DNA of 64,000 nucleotides. It comes from Planctomycetaceae bacterium (GTDB lineage: Bacteria; Planctomycetota; Planctomycetia; Planctomycetales; Planctomycetaceae). Below are positions 54,625 to 64,000 of the stretch, one piece after another (the first letter of the stretch is position 1; each line of letters begins with the position of its first letter). The translations under genes and the position numbers were made by a program. The DNA is taken from NCBI GenBank assembly GCA_033762515.1, contig JANRLN010000412.1, positions 3,719 through 67,718 of the forward strand. Reading direction: 5' to 3'. The notes under the pieces were generated by a model. The model did no database searches. It saw only the letters and a list, made by a program, of their open reading frames with translations, and was not told the origin of the DNA.

Positions 54625-56049
54625 TCAGGCGACGGGAAGGAGTTCTTCGATCGGAGCCCCGGATGGCAGGATCGGCATCGGGCGGCCTCGGTGATCGGGG
54701 AATGCCCCGTGGAAGTCGATCCCGAGATGGCGGTAGACCGTGGCCCACAGGTCGTTGGGGGTCAGCGGGCGATCCTTGGGGTGTTCCCCCTTGGAATTCG
54801 TGGAACCGATCACTTGTCCCGTTCGCTGTCCGCCGCCGAACGTGATCAGGCTCATCGCCTGCGGCCAGTGGTCGCGACCGGGCTGCAGGACACCGGTCTG
54901 CGAACCGACGACATTGGAAATCCGCGGCGTACGTCCGAACTCGCCCGTGACGACGACCAGGACTTTCTTGTCGAGGCCGCGGTAATAGAGGTCGTCGACC
55001 AGTGCGGTGACCGCCTGATCATAGATCGGCAATCGCAGCTTCAGGTCATCGAACATGTGGCAATTGACGGCATGGGAATCCCAATTGTAAGTCCCCTGTT
55101 TGAGCCAATTGACGCCCGACTGATACGGGTTCTCGATGATCACCGTGCAGAAGGTGCAGCCCGCTTCGACGAGGCGGCGGGCCATCAGCAACCGCTGACC
55201 CCAGGCGTGTTTGCCGTACCGCTGCCGGACCGGCTCTTCCTCGCGCGAGAGATCGAAAGCCTCTTTGCACTTCTCGCTGGTGAGGAGCGCCATGGCCCGC
55301 TCGTGGAATTTGTCCATGGAACTCATCAGTCCCGACTGGTCGGCCTGACGACGGAAGTGATCGAATTCGGCCAGCAACCGCGTGCGGTCGTCAAGTCGCC
55401 CTGAGACTTCCGCAATCGGAGCGATGTTGGGAACCTGGAATTTTTCCTGACTCGGGTCCCCGGGCACCATGAACGGAGTGTACGCCGGACCCAGGTAAGC
55501 CGCCCCCTGGCTGAACGTGTCCACCTGCTGGCGGCCTTGTTCCACAATGCAAGCGTAGTTGGGGACATCGGCTTTGCGGTTCTCAATCGTCTTGGCGACG
55601 ATCGATCCGACCGCCGGGGCGTCGTTTTCAAACCCCACCGGCGACTTGGGATCTCGACCGGTCATAAACTTCTTGTGACCGCCGCCGTGATCGGAAAACT
55701 GGTGCGCAATCGAGCGAACGACGTTGTATTTGTGGGCGATCTTGGCGTGCAGGGGCATCAACTCGCAGACGTCCAACCCCGGGACCGTCGTGGCAATCGG
55801 CCGGAACTCGCCGCGATACTCCGCCGGGGCGTCCGGTTTCATATCGTACATTTCCATGTGGGGCGGGCCCCCCGGCATACACACGAAAATCACGGAGGTG
55901 TCCGGTTCGACCCCGGCCGCCTGAGCCCCCTGCGCCTGCCGCAATTGCAGGAGCTGCGGCAGCGTCAGTCCGCCGAGTCCGAGCACTCCAGCTCGAAGAA
56001 ACTCACGACGGGCAACCGGGCCCGAACAGAATCGAGGAACGCGATTCAT
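54625..56049 (-). CDS. DUF1501 domain protein (sulfatase-like, Tat-signal)
   Basis: Signal: RREFLRAGVLGLGGLTL. Motifs: MPGGPPHMEMYDMKP, NWDSHA, TGEFGRTPRI, GRDHWP. Confidence 0.9.
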   Translation of the reverse strand: MNRVPRFCSGPVARREFLRAGVLGLGGLTLPQLLQLRQAQGAQAAGVEPDTSVIFVCMPGGPPHMEMYDMKPDAPAEYRGEFRPIATTVPGLDVCELMPLHAKIAHKYNVVRSIAHQFSDHGGGHKKFMTGRDPKSPVGFENDAPAVGSIVAKTIENRKADVPNYACIVEQGRQQVDTFSQGAAYLGPAYTPFMVPGDPSQEKFQVPNIAPIAEVSGRLDDRTRLLAEFDHFRRQADQSGLMSSMDKFHERAMALLTSEKCKEAFDLSREEEPVRQRYGKHAWGQRLLMARRLVEAGCTFCTVIIENPYQSGVNWLKQGTYNWDSHAVNCHMFDDLKLRLPIYDQAVTALVDDLYYRGLDKKVLVVVTGEFGRTPRISNVVGSQTGVLQPGRDHWPQAMSLITFGGGQRTGQVIGSTNSKGEHPKDRPLTPNDLWATVYRHLGIDFHGAFPDHRGRPMPILPSGAPIEELLPVA

Positions 56050-56278
56050 GGGAGCTCTTTCCAGATGACAGGACGCTCCGGTGGAACCGAAGCGAGACTG
56101 TCCAAATCAACGGCGGGACGTCAGGCAGGCTGATCCATCAGGGAGGGCGATCCATCAACGCGGGTGTCTGAATTATCGGCGAGCATGGGTTGACATGTCA
56201 ACAGATTCCGATGCGAACGCGAGATCCCACTTTCCCGAGCTCTCCGAAAATCTCCCGCATCGAGGCCGCAGACGGATT

Positions 56279-56980
56279 TCACGCACCGGCGAGGAAGTTC
56301 ACGGCCCGTTCCGCCATCGCGTTCACAAATCGCCAGCCGAAGCCGCCGTGGGTTGTGGTGAAGTCGTGTTCGAACGGAACTCCGGACGAGGCAAGCTTGC
56401 TGGCGAGCGTGGTGACGCCGTCGATGCAGTAGAGATCTGCGGGGTCGCAGAGCAGGAGTTGTCGTTTGGGCCAGTTGAGCGGATTGAGCTGTAAGGTCGC
56501 AATCTGCTGCCTCGCCGATTCGCGATCGGGAAACATCTCGTCGAGCGAAGTGCCGTGACCGTGCCAAGTCTCGAAGTCGACCTTTGGGCTGATGGCGACA
56601 ACGCTCGCAAAAACGCGCGGGGCGCGATAGGCCACCTGCAGCGCCCCTTGTCCCCCCATCTCGAAGCCGAAGATTCCCAAGGGGCCGACCAGATTTGGGA
56701 ACCGAGATTGAATGTGTTCCGCAACCACGGTCCGCACGTAGTCGACCGGGGTGATCTCCGCATCAAACGGGGGGTAGACGGCATTCGACCACCAGCAGTG
56801 CGGGCCGATCGGACTCAAGCACGCGAGTTGTCGACGTTGCAGTGCTGCGTGATAAGCCGATTGCTCGCGCAGCGTGACGCCGTCGTATCCGTGGAGAAAT
56901 ACGGCAGCGCCGGCGACTTCGCCTTCCGGCAGCAACCACTCCGCCGGCTTGCCGGCGATTTCAATGGTCTCAATCTGCAT
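56279..56980 (-). CDS. esterase-fold (alpha/beta hydrolase, 'putative esterase' family) protein with Glu at the nucleophile position
   Basis: AAVFLHGYDG, then IFGFEMGGQGALQVAY where the family normally has GxSMGGxGAL. The C-terminal region contains a His (THGGFGW). Confidence 0.7.
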   Translation of the reverse strand: MQIETIEIAGKPAEWLLPEGEVAGAAVFLHGYDGVTLREQSAYHAALQRRQLACLSPIGPHCWWSNAVYPPFDAEITPVDYVRTVVAEHIQSRFPNLVGPLGIFGFEMGGQGALQVAYRAPRVFASVVAISPKVDFETWHGHGTSLDEMFPDRESARQQIATLQLNPLNWPKRQLLLCDPADLYCIDGVTTLASKLASSGVPFEHDFTTTHGGFGWRFVNAMAERAVNFLAGA

Positions 56981-57111
56981 TCGACGAGTTCCCGAGTCTC
57001 GAAACCGGTTCGGTGGGACAGAGTCTCCGGCGTTGAAGAGCGTGCGAAGTCAATACCCGGACTTCGAACCGCTTCTCCCGTCGTTGTCGAGAAATCGATG
57101 GTTGCGGGAGG

Positions 57112-57864
57112 TCAGCGATTTGGGCGTCCGGGAAGAGGACGCTGGCTGCCGGATGTCCCGGTTTCCGCGAGAGAGCGGTAAAACCGCTGGACAAGGTCTT
57201 CGTACTGGGGAACCATCCGCTCGCCGTAGGCGCTCAGGAGTTTCTCGCGGACTTTGTCCGGCAGGTGACCCCAAACGTCGACTTCCATCCGGCGGCGGGG
57301 CAGGGGAGGAGGCTTGCCCTCTTTGGTCGGGCCGGTCCGCTCTTCAGAGTCTGCAGCGTCTTGACGCTCTTGTCCGGCATCGCCCGATTCTTCGCCTGCA
57401 GTCAGCGACCCTTGGCCCGCTGGCTGTTGACGTCCTTGCGACGGGTTGTTTGACATCGATGCTCCCGCCTGTTGCGAGCTCGATTTCCTGCCTTGCCCCG
57501 AGGACGAATTGTTGGATGAACTGCCGCCTCCTCCGCCCCCGGAATTCGCCTGACTCGGCTGAGGGGGCTGCTTCAGGAGTTCATCGATCTCAGCGATGAT
57601 GGCCTTCTGCAATTCCTGCGTGGCGACGCCGGTGTCTTGGCCCGACAGCTTGGCCTGCGCCTGTCGCATCTTGGCCGTCACTTCCTCGACCTTGCGGTCA
57701 AGTTCGTCGACCTCGCTGGTTGGCGCCTCGGAGGCTTCCGGGGGTGATGGGGTGGATTCTGTTCCAGGGGCGTCGGCCAACCCGGGCGCAGCAATCGAAC
57801 CAAGGCTGACGCACAAGAGCGCTCCTCCCCAAAACAGCCGACAGCTGGCTCGCAGCGGATTCAC
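57112..57864 (-). CDS. secreted low-complexity protein (Bat-operon-associated hypothetical)
   Basis: The GTG start at 57864 overlaps the upstream stop (GTGA). Signal: MNPLRASCRLFWGGALLCVSLGSIAAPGLA. There is a coiled segment, then a G/S/Q-rich tract, then a conserved-looking C-terminus VWGHLPDKVREKLLSAYGERMVPQYEDLVQRFYRSLA. Confidence 0.6.
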   Translation of the reverse strand: MNPLRASCRLFWGGALLCVSLGSIAAPGLADAPGTESTPSPPEASEAPTSEVDELDRKVEEVTAKMRQAQAKLSGQDTGVATQELQKAIIAEIDELLKQPPQPSQANSGGGGGGSSSNNSSSGQGRKSSSQQAGASMSNNPSQGRQQPAGQGSLTAGEESGDAGQERQDAADSEERTGPTKEGKPPPLPRRRMEVDVWGHLPDKVREKLLSAYGERMVPQYEDLVQRFYRSLAETGTSGSQRPLPGRPNR

Positions 57865-60800
57865 TGGGGCGTCTCCCGTTCGGGTTCGGAGGCAGCAGGC
57901 GTTGCCGTCGCTTGAGACTGGCGATAAAGGTCCATCAGCTTTCGTGCGAGTTCGATCAATTCACCCTGTTCTTGCGCCAAGTCGGCGACCAGCGGCAACA
58001 GCTCTACAGGTAAGGCGCCGTCACGCAGACGCAAAGCCTCGAAGGCGGCCGTGCGATCCAGGCAATCCGCCTGCAGCTCGCGCAGCAGTGCAAGTTGTCG
58101 TTGGAAAGAAATCGCCTCCCCGGGCGGGCCCCCCATTGAGGGCTGTTCGGCCTCACCCTCTTGTGGTGGGGATTCCCCTTCGGTCGTTTTCATCGAATCG
58201 GGTTCCTTCCGGTTCCAAGCTTCGATGATGCGTCCCAGACGCTTGGCGGCATCGCGTTCGAGCATCAGGGTGACGGCGTCGGTCTGTCGCTCTCCGAGTC
58301 GCTCTGCCGCATGTTCCAGGTTACGGGCCACACTCGCCAACGCAGCTTGCGCCACAACGGCCTGCTGCAACTGATCGCGGGACTCGACGGCCAACTGCTG
58401 CAGTTCCCGTTCTACACTGGCCAGATCCTGCAGCGAACGCTGTTGACCGCGCGTCAGACGGCCCGTCGCCGTGCGCTCATTCTCCAACCGTTCGGTTTCG
58501 GCGATCACCCCCTCCTGACGCACTTTAAGGCCCTGCAACGTACCCGCCACTCGCTCCAGCTCTTCTTGCGCCAGATGCTCTTGGACCTCCTTTTGAGCGG
58601 CGGCGATTTCCTGCTGCAGCTGCTCGACGGCTTCCTGCGCTGACGACATTTCGAGTTGGGCCGCCTCAGAATCTCCCGCTGCGATCGCCGGTTCGGCCGC
58701 CTGCATCCGCTGCGCCGCCTGTTGGGCCGACTCCGCCGCCCGCTTCAGCCGCAGACGCTGCAATTGACGTTCGAGCCGTTCCGTCCGGCGGCGCAATTCC
58801 TGCGTCTGTTCCCGCAGCGACTGCCGTTCCTCCGCTGAGGATTGCGTCAGGTTGTCGCCGTCCGTCTCCTTCCGCAGGGTGTCGAGTTCGTCCGCGAGAT
58901 TCTCGGCAGTCTGTCGGGCCTCTTCGGTCCGCTTGAGCATTTGCTCGCTGTCGTCAGGACGTCCATTCAGCCATTGCTCATTGAGTTTGCGTAACGTCTC
59001 CTCCGCTTCGCGCTGAGCGGGTCCTGCCGACCCCAGGCGATTGGCCGCGAGGTCCTCTCCCGCCTGACGCAGCCGCATCGACAGCTGAGCTTCATCCAGT
59101 TGGTCGGCCAGATCCAGGGCCTCCGCGGCTCGGGCGGCATCGCTTTCCTCTAACCGTTCGGACAGTTCCCGAAAGGCTCGTTGCAGGGGTTCCATCCGCT
59201 GTGACAGCAAACGCTGACGGTCGGCCAGCTTGTTCAAATCAGCCCGATCCTGCGGGGAGAGTTCCGGCAGTGATCGGGACATCGTCCGTGCTCCCACTTC
59301 GGCGGAGTCAAGATTCAACTGCTGTTGGGCCGACGCCATCCCCTTGAGATCGTCACCGAGATCGCGATCATTTTGCCACTTCGACAACTCATGGTGACGC
59401 TCGGAGAGCGCTGCCGCTGCGTGGCGCTGGAGTTCCGCGGCACGCTGCAGGCTGCGTCCAACTGGGGGATTGGCGGCTTCCTCCGTCGTTGGGGGATTCA
59501 CTGTCGACGACGGGCTGTTGGGCGGACTCGCATGGGCCTGATCGTCGGCGTCGAGGTTCTTTGCGGCCTGGGTCAACTCGGTTTCGATGGCGGGGAACGC
59601 GGCTTCCGTCAGTTCGCGCATCTGCTGGGCGAGTTGCTCGAGCTGCGGTTCGGCTTCGCTGTCTGACAAATGATTCGCCGGAAACTCGCTGCGGATTTGC
59701 TCGGCATGCCGACGCAACCCGCGCAGCTCATCACCCAAATGCGAAGCCAAACGTCGCTGATCTCCCTGCAGACGCAGGAGGAGATCTCGATCCGCCGATT
59801 GCAGCTTGCCGACGTCACGGAGTTGTGTGCGCAATTCCTCCGTCTGCGCCGCCAGACGCTCCTGCTGAGTCACGGCGTCACGCAACTCGCCGACCAACTC
59901 GGCAATCCGGTCGGTCAATTCACTCTGCTTCTCTTCCGGAGTGACCACGAGCAGCGTGCGCGGAGCGCTCATCCCAATATGTGGAGCGCCGTAATCACAG
60001 GCATCGCGAGCCTCCAGTCGAAAGACCACGCGGTCTCCCGGTTGCAGCTTCAATTCCCCCAGCGACCATTCCCCGGCGTAACGCGCCTGGGTGGGGTGAT
60101 CGGGAAACGCCTCAAGCTCCTGCTCGGCGTCACCGTCCTGTCCGGTTTGCTGCCAGGTGCGCTGGAGAGTGGTGAGTCCGAGATCATCGCGGGCGACCGC
60201 CGTAATGGGGACGACGGCCGTCGAGGTGACCCACTGATCCGTCCCCGGCTCTGACAGGACCACTTCCGGAATGGCGTCAACTTCGCCTCGAAACTCAAAC
60301 TGCAGCGGCTGTTGCTCGGAAAACCCCTCGCTGTCCCGCAGGATGAATGAAAAGTTCGAAACGCTCGGCTGATCGATCGTCAATTCCGTCTGCCAGGATT
60401 GCCGGTCTGCAAGAAGTGGGATGCTCACTGCGGACTGATCGCCGACCCGGATGGCCAGCTCTGCAACTGCGCGATCGGCGCGCGCCCGCAATCGCACCTT
60501 CGATCCCAGCAATCCCCGGATCTGGGTCAATCCCGGCGGCAAAGTCATGCTCGGCTGCCGGGCATAGGCGGGCGGGGCGACTTCAATGGAGACTTCGGAA
60601 ATTCGCGGCGGATCGACTGCCGTCAAGGCGTGCCATGGCAGCGAATGATCGTCGCCGCCAACAACGCGAAACTCAAGGGCGTCGTCCGCGGCCAACAATT
60701 CAAACGGAGCCAGCTCCATCCCCGCGGCGTTGGGACGCGGGCTGTGGACTGTGCGTCGGAGCGGAATCTGTTCGGGGATTTCTTGCCCGTGTTCGCGGAG

Positions 60801-61526
60801 TTGCAGGGTCAAGTCTTTCGGCAATCCCCCGCGCAGGTTCTCCACACGCAGTTCCAGCTTCTCCCCGCGGACAACTCGGATGGCGTCCCGCGGGCTCCAT
60901 TCCAGCGGACGTCCGTCCGGGTAAGACAATCGCAGGACCGTCGCCTGCGGCCAGGGACTGGATCCCCATGGCCAGGCGATGCGGCGCATCGCCGTTGACG
61001 CCTCTAAGGGGTAGGCCCACAGAATTCCCGCGACGATCAGGCATGCTCCGAGCGCTCCTCCAACGACGGGGCTGAGGCGACGCGGCTCGAGGAGCTGATC
61101 TGGTTCAACAAGCTTCAAATCGTCCGCCGCCTGCCGGATGACCAACTCCTGCAGTTCCGCCGACCCCTGTCGCGGGTCGAGTTGCCGAGCCTGAAATTGA
61201 ACCGCCGCCGACAGCCGATGGGATAACCCCGGATATCGGCGATCAATCTGCTCCGCCAGGAAGACGTCGGACAACTCATACTTTAACGGCACGATCAGTC
61301 CGCGCCAGACGGTCCAGGCGGCAGTTCCCCAGACACTGACGGCGACAAGCAACCGGGTGCCCACCTCGTCAAATCGCCACCACCAGTCGAGCCACCCGGC
61401 GACAAGCAAACCCGTCAACAGAGCGATCAGACTGCGGCTGATGCCGGACCACCAGATCAACCGCCGCAACTGCCGGCGCAATCGCGTCAGCGTTTCCCAC
61501 GGGGGCGGCGTTGACGGTGCGACCAT
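57861..61526 (-). CDS. very large membrane-anchored coiled-coil protein (DUF4175-like, Bat-type operon)
   Basis: 1221 aa. N-terminal hydrophobic helices (SLIALLTGLLVAGWLDWWW, LLVAVSVWGTAAWTVW) are followed by a beta-rich middle region. The C-terminal ~600 aa are Q/E/R/L/A-rich heptad-like sequence. Confidence 0.75.
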   Translation of the reverse strand: MVAPSTPPPWETLTRLRRQLRRLIWWSGISRSLIALLTGLLVAGWLDWWWRFDEVGTRLLVAVSVWGTAAWTVWRGLIVPLKYELSDVFLAEQIDRRYPGLSHRLSAAVQFQARQLDPRQGSAELQELVIRQAADDLKLVEPDQLLEPRRLSPVVGGALGACLIVAGILWAYPLEASTAMRRIAWPWGSSPWPQATVLRLSYPDGRPLEWSPRDAIRVVRGEKLELRVENLRGGLPKDLTLQLREHGQEIPEQIPLRRTVHSPRPNAAGMELAPFELLAADDALEFRVVGGDDHSLPWHALTAVDPPRISEVSIEVAPPAYARQPSMTLPPGLTQIRGLLGSKVRLRARADRAVAELAIRVGDQSAVSIPLLADRQSWQTELTIDQPSVSNFSFILRDSEGFSEQQPLQFEFRGEVDAIPEVVLSEPGTDQWVTSTAVVPITAVARDDLGLTTLQRTWQQTGQDGDAEQELEAFPDHPTQARYAGEWSLGELKLQPGDRVVFRLEARDACDYGAPHIGMSAPRTLLVVTPEEKQSELTDRIAELVGELRDAVTQQERLAAQTEELRTQLRDVGKLQSADRDLLLRLQGDQRRLASHLGDELRGLRRHAEQIRSEFPANHLSDSEAEPQLEQLAQQMRELTEAAFPAIETELTQAAKNLDADDQAHASPPNSPSSTVNPPTTEEAANPPVGRSLQRAAELQRHAAAALSERHHELSKWQNDRDLGDDLKGMASAQQQLNLDSAEVGARTMSRSLPELSPQDRADLNKLADRQRLLSQRMEPLQRAFRELSERLEESDAARAAEALDLADQLDEAQLSMRLRQAGEDLAANRLGSAGPAQREAEETLRKLNEQWLNGRPDDSEQMLKRTEEARQTAENLADELDTLRKETDGDNLTQSSAEERQSLREQTQELRRRTERLERQLQRLRLKRAAESAQQAAQRMQAAEPAIAAGDSEAAQLEMSSAQEAVEQLQQEIAAAQKEVQEHLAQEELERVAGTLQGLKVRQEGVIAETERLENERTATGRLTRGQQRSLQDLASVERELQQLAVESRDQLQQAVVAQAALASVARNLEHAAERLGERQTDAVTLMLERDAAKRLGRIIEAWNRKEPDSMKTTEGESPPQEGEAEQPSMGGPPGEAISFQRQLALLRELQADCLDRTAAFEALRLRDGALPVELLPLVADLAQEQGELIELARKLMDLYRQSQATATPAASEPERETPQ

Positions 61527-61566
61527 GGCAGAACCTTCCGGCCGAAAGAAATTGAACGGTAATGCA

Positions 61567-63963
61567 TCATACCAGCCGCCAGCGACGGCGGAGAATCCAT
61601 TCCGAAGTGAGCAGCCCGATTAGCAGCAGCAACGGTTCGAACCGACTCCAGAGGGGAATCGATCGACCCTGTTCCATCGGCACCAGACGTCCCTGGGGGA
61701 TTCGCGCGGGCAACCCGGAGAGATCTTCGAGCTCGACCAGGGATCCACCGGATGACTTCGCCGCCAATTCGAGATCGGTTCGATCGACGGCGCGCCGACG
61801 CGTTTCCCGTTGCAACGAGTCGATGCGAAAATCGGTGGTGGGAGGCGCCACTTCAAACGATGGACGCGCCATCCAGGCGTGATACGTCCCCTCGGTCAGC
61901 CCGGTCACCTGGGCCTCAAAAACCGTCGGCAGGTAGGGAAGCCGCGACAGGGTGACTTCGCGACGCCCGGCGCCAGTGCGCTCAAACACGACCGCCACGC
62001 CGTCATTTTGCGTTGGCGCCAACCGGTCATCGAGAAACCTCACCCTCAGCAAGACCGGTTCTCCCACCACATACGACTGCCGGTCGACCAACAGTTCCGC
62101 AGAACGATCTTTACCCAGGATGCGCGCCCGGCTGAGAAAGCGAATCGCCTGCCCCCAGTACTTGCCGAAGTAGGTGTCCCCGGTGCGGAACCGCCAGCGC
62201 CAAAGTTCGTCGGTCGCGTGAAACAAGACCTTGCCGGCGCCGATCTGCTGCAGCAGGAAGACCGGCAGGCGCCCTTCTTTTGCGGGGGCGTAGGGATGCT
62301 CGGCCAGCACGCGTACGCCGGGCTTGAGCTGCTGAATCGGCAGCAGTCCATAGAATCCCGGGAGACTGTTCCAGGTTTCCAGGCTGGCCAGTTCGTTGTC
62401 CGCGAAGCGAAACATCGGGACCCCCTTTTGGCCATCCAGCGTCAATCTCGGGCGATACTCATCGGTATTCGACTTCGAGAAAGCGTCGGCATCGATGGCG
62501 TCGAACGGAAACGGCAGCAGTGATTCGAGGGGAGTACCGGAAAATGACTGCGGGTTATGACGGGGCCCCGCCACCAACAACAGGCCGCCTCCCTTGTCGC
62601 GGACGAATTCCGTCAGCCATTCCGCGGCGCTTCCCCCAAGGTCGGCCGGCGACACATCTCCCAGGATCACGACGTCATAACGCCACAAATCCTCCTTCTG
62701 AACTGGAAAATATCCCACGGCTGTCCGGTCTTCCCGGGCGTACTCCGGGTCAGCGTCGACCAGCAAAGTCTGCAGCACCACCGAGGAGTCACGCTCCAGC
62801 CACTGCTTGAGATAGCGGAACTCGTACCGCGGGGCCGATTCCAGCAACAGCACGTTCAACCGCTCCTGCCGCACCGAAAGATGCCGGCGTTCACGATTGT
62901 TTTCCAGATCGGATTCGCCGGGGGACGGGACGACTTCGATCAAAAGGTCTAATTCCGCTGGTTCCGCCGTCGAAAGCGACAACTCAAACTTGGTGGCGGC
63001 TTCGCCGTCTCTCATCGGGACCACTTGCTCGGCGAGGGGCGACGACTCCCCTTCCACGGTCACGCGTAACGTCGCGTTTCTGTTCTCCAAGCCGGTTGCC
63101 CGTAGTTTGCCCGAGACGATCACGGGGTCGCCCACAAAGGCCACTTCGTCCATGACCACATCGAATAACTGCAGATCCTTTGTGGGCTCGCTCGTCCCAA
63201 CTGGGACGACAAACAGGCTCGTGCCGCGGCGGCGCACCAGATCCGCCACTGTCGAGAGTCGATCGGCCTCAGATTCACTCGCGATTCCATCCGTCAGGAC
63301 GATGAGTGCCGCAGGCGGCATGCCCCGCAACTCCGCAAGTATCTGCCTCACTCCCTCCGCGGGGCGTGTACTCGTTCCGATGGGCTCGAGCAGCTTTAAT
63401 GAGGAGATCGCCTCGGTTGCAGGCAATACCGCGGGGGATTTACCCGCCGACAGAGGACTTGAGGTTGTGGAGAACTGGTACAGCCGCAGCGGGTTCCGCT
63501 CGGCGAGGTCGCGCAGGAAGCGTGCATCCTCTCGGGTGACGGCATTGAGAACACGGTCCCACCGCCTTGGCGCTGAGAGCCCGGTGCTCTGACTCAGCGC
63601 GGTGGAACCGTCGCCGTCCCGCAGACTCATGCTCGCCGAAGTGTCGAACAGCACCACGACCGAAGGCAACCCGGAGCGCGCGACCATCAGCGTGGGTTGC
63701 GTCCACAATCCCAGCGCAACGGCGATGGCGGCGAATCGCAAACCCATGAGCAGCAACCGCCTTCCCGGCGAGAGCTGAGCCCCCTCCCGCCGGTACGACC
63801 AAAGCAGACCGGCCATCGTGGCGGCGGTGACCAGGAGCGCCAACCAGACCGGCCAGCCCGCGGGCCAAAGCGATTTGGCGATCCATTCCCACCGCGTGCC
63901 TTCACCCGGTCCGCTGGCGGCGATGCCGAAGTACCATTCGATGAAAGACTTCCAAGCCGACAT
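61567..63963 (-). CDS. vWA-domain membrane protein with C-terminal GATase1-like/DUF1355-like region (BatA/BatB-type operon)
   Basis: N-terminal helices are present, then the MIDAS motif VVVLFDTSASMS. Further on are RYDVVILGDV and VLFHATDELWRWRF. A C-terminal TM helix LLLLIGLLTSEWIL is present. Confidence 0.8.
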   Translation of the reverse strand: MSAWKSFIEWYFGIAASGPGEGTRWEWIAKSLWPAGWPVWLALLVTAATMAGLLWSYRREGAQLSPGRRLLLMGLRFAAIAVALGLWTQPTLMVARSGLPSVVVLFDTSASMSLRDGDGSTALSQSTGLSAPRRWDRVLNAVTREDARFLRDLAERNPLRLYQFSTTSSPLSAGKSPAVLPATEAISSLKLLEPIGTSTRPAEGVRQILAELRGMPPAALIVLTDGIASESEADRLSTVADLVRRRGTSLFVVPVGTSEPTKDLQLFDVVMDEVAFVGDPVIVSGKLRATGLENRNATLRVTVEGESSPLAEQVVPMRDGEAATKFELSLSTAEPAELDLLIEVVPSPGESDLENNRERRHLSVRQERLNVLLLESAPRYEFRYLKQWLERDSSVVLQTLLVDADPEYAREDRTAVGYFPVQKEDLWRYDVVILGDVSPADLGGSAAEWLTEFVRDKGGGLLLVAGPRHNPQSFSGTPLESLLPFPFDAIDADAFSKSNTDEYRPRLTLDGQKGVPMFRFADNELASLETWNSLPGFYGLLPIQQLKPGVRVLAEHPYAPAKEGRLPVFLLQQIGAGKVLFHATDELWRWRFRTGDTYFGKYWGQAIRFLSRARILGKDRSAELLVDRQSYVVGEPVLLRVRFLDDRLAPTQNDGVAVVFERTGAGRREVTLSRLPYLPTVFEAQVTGLTEGTYHAWMARPSFEVAPPTTDFRIDSLQRETRRRAVDRTDLELAAKSSGGSLVELEDLSGLPARIPQGRLVPMEQGRSIPLWSRFEPLLLLIGLLTSEWILRRRWRLV

Positions 63964-64000
63964 CCACCGCTGCCTTCGGGGGAGAGCCGCTGACCGCGCT

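Noticed and set aside
63964-64000. Possible 3' end of an upstream minus-strand gene at the right window edge
   Set aside because: Only 37 nt are available and no stop codon is seen in that stretch, so nothing can be called.

Overview
This is a 64-kb, high-GC bacterial chromosomal segment (about 58-65% GC in hand-counted 60-nt lines). The gene content looks like Planctomycetota, which is inference only. It includes two DUF1501 genes, one PSCyt/DUF1549/DUF1553 gene, four Hanks-type kinase or pseudokinase genes and a vWA/BatA-style membrane operon. It also has fasciclin, LamG/beta-helix and NPCBM secreted proteins, and several ATGA/GTGA start-stop overlaps. I call 41 protein-coding genes plus several hairpins and palindromes. 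I see no rRNA, tRNA, CRISPR array, transposase or integrase. The only gene I can name with a symbol is ispH. The most unusual region is the left end. It starts with a window-truncated >1100-aa fusion protein (DUF4062-like module + class III nucleotidyl cyclase + Ser/Thr kinase + TM helix + TPR repeats), followed by a secreted hypothetical protein. Next comes a ~2.3-kb low-GC islet (about 48-52%) encoding an overlapping ABC-type ATPase + RloB/Toprim pair of the AbiL (abortive infection) type. Other points worth a second look:
- an FHA-pseudokinase/kinase tandem;
- three long near-perfect hairpins in 5' intergenic regions (ArnT/PAP2 divergent region, SIS gene leader, and a 460-bp gap before an HExxH protein);
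- an AT-rich double palindrome in front of a DUF2089-like HTH gene;
- an esterase-fold protein whose nucleophile Ser is Glu;
- a kinase with a ~560-aa Pro/Ala/Glu-rich linker.
Many long antisense ORFs in the track are GC-driven shadows and were rejected. All domain calls are by-eye motif recognition, not database searches.
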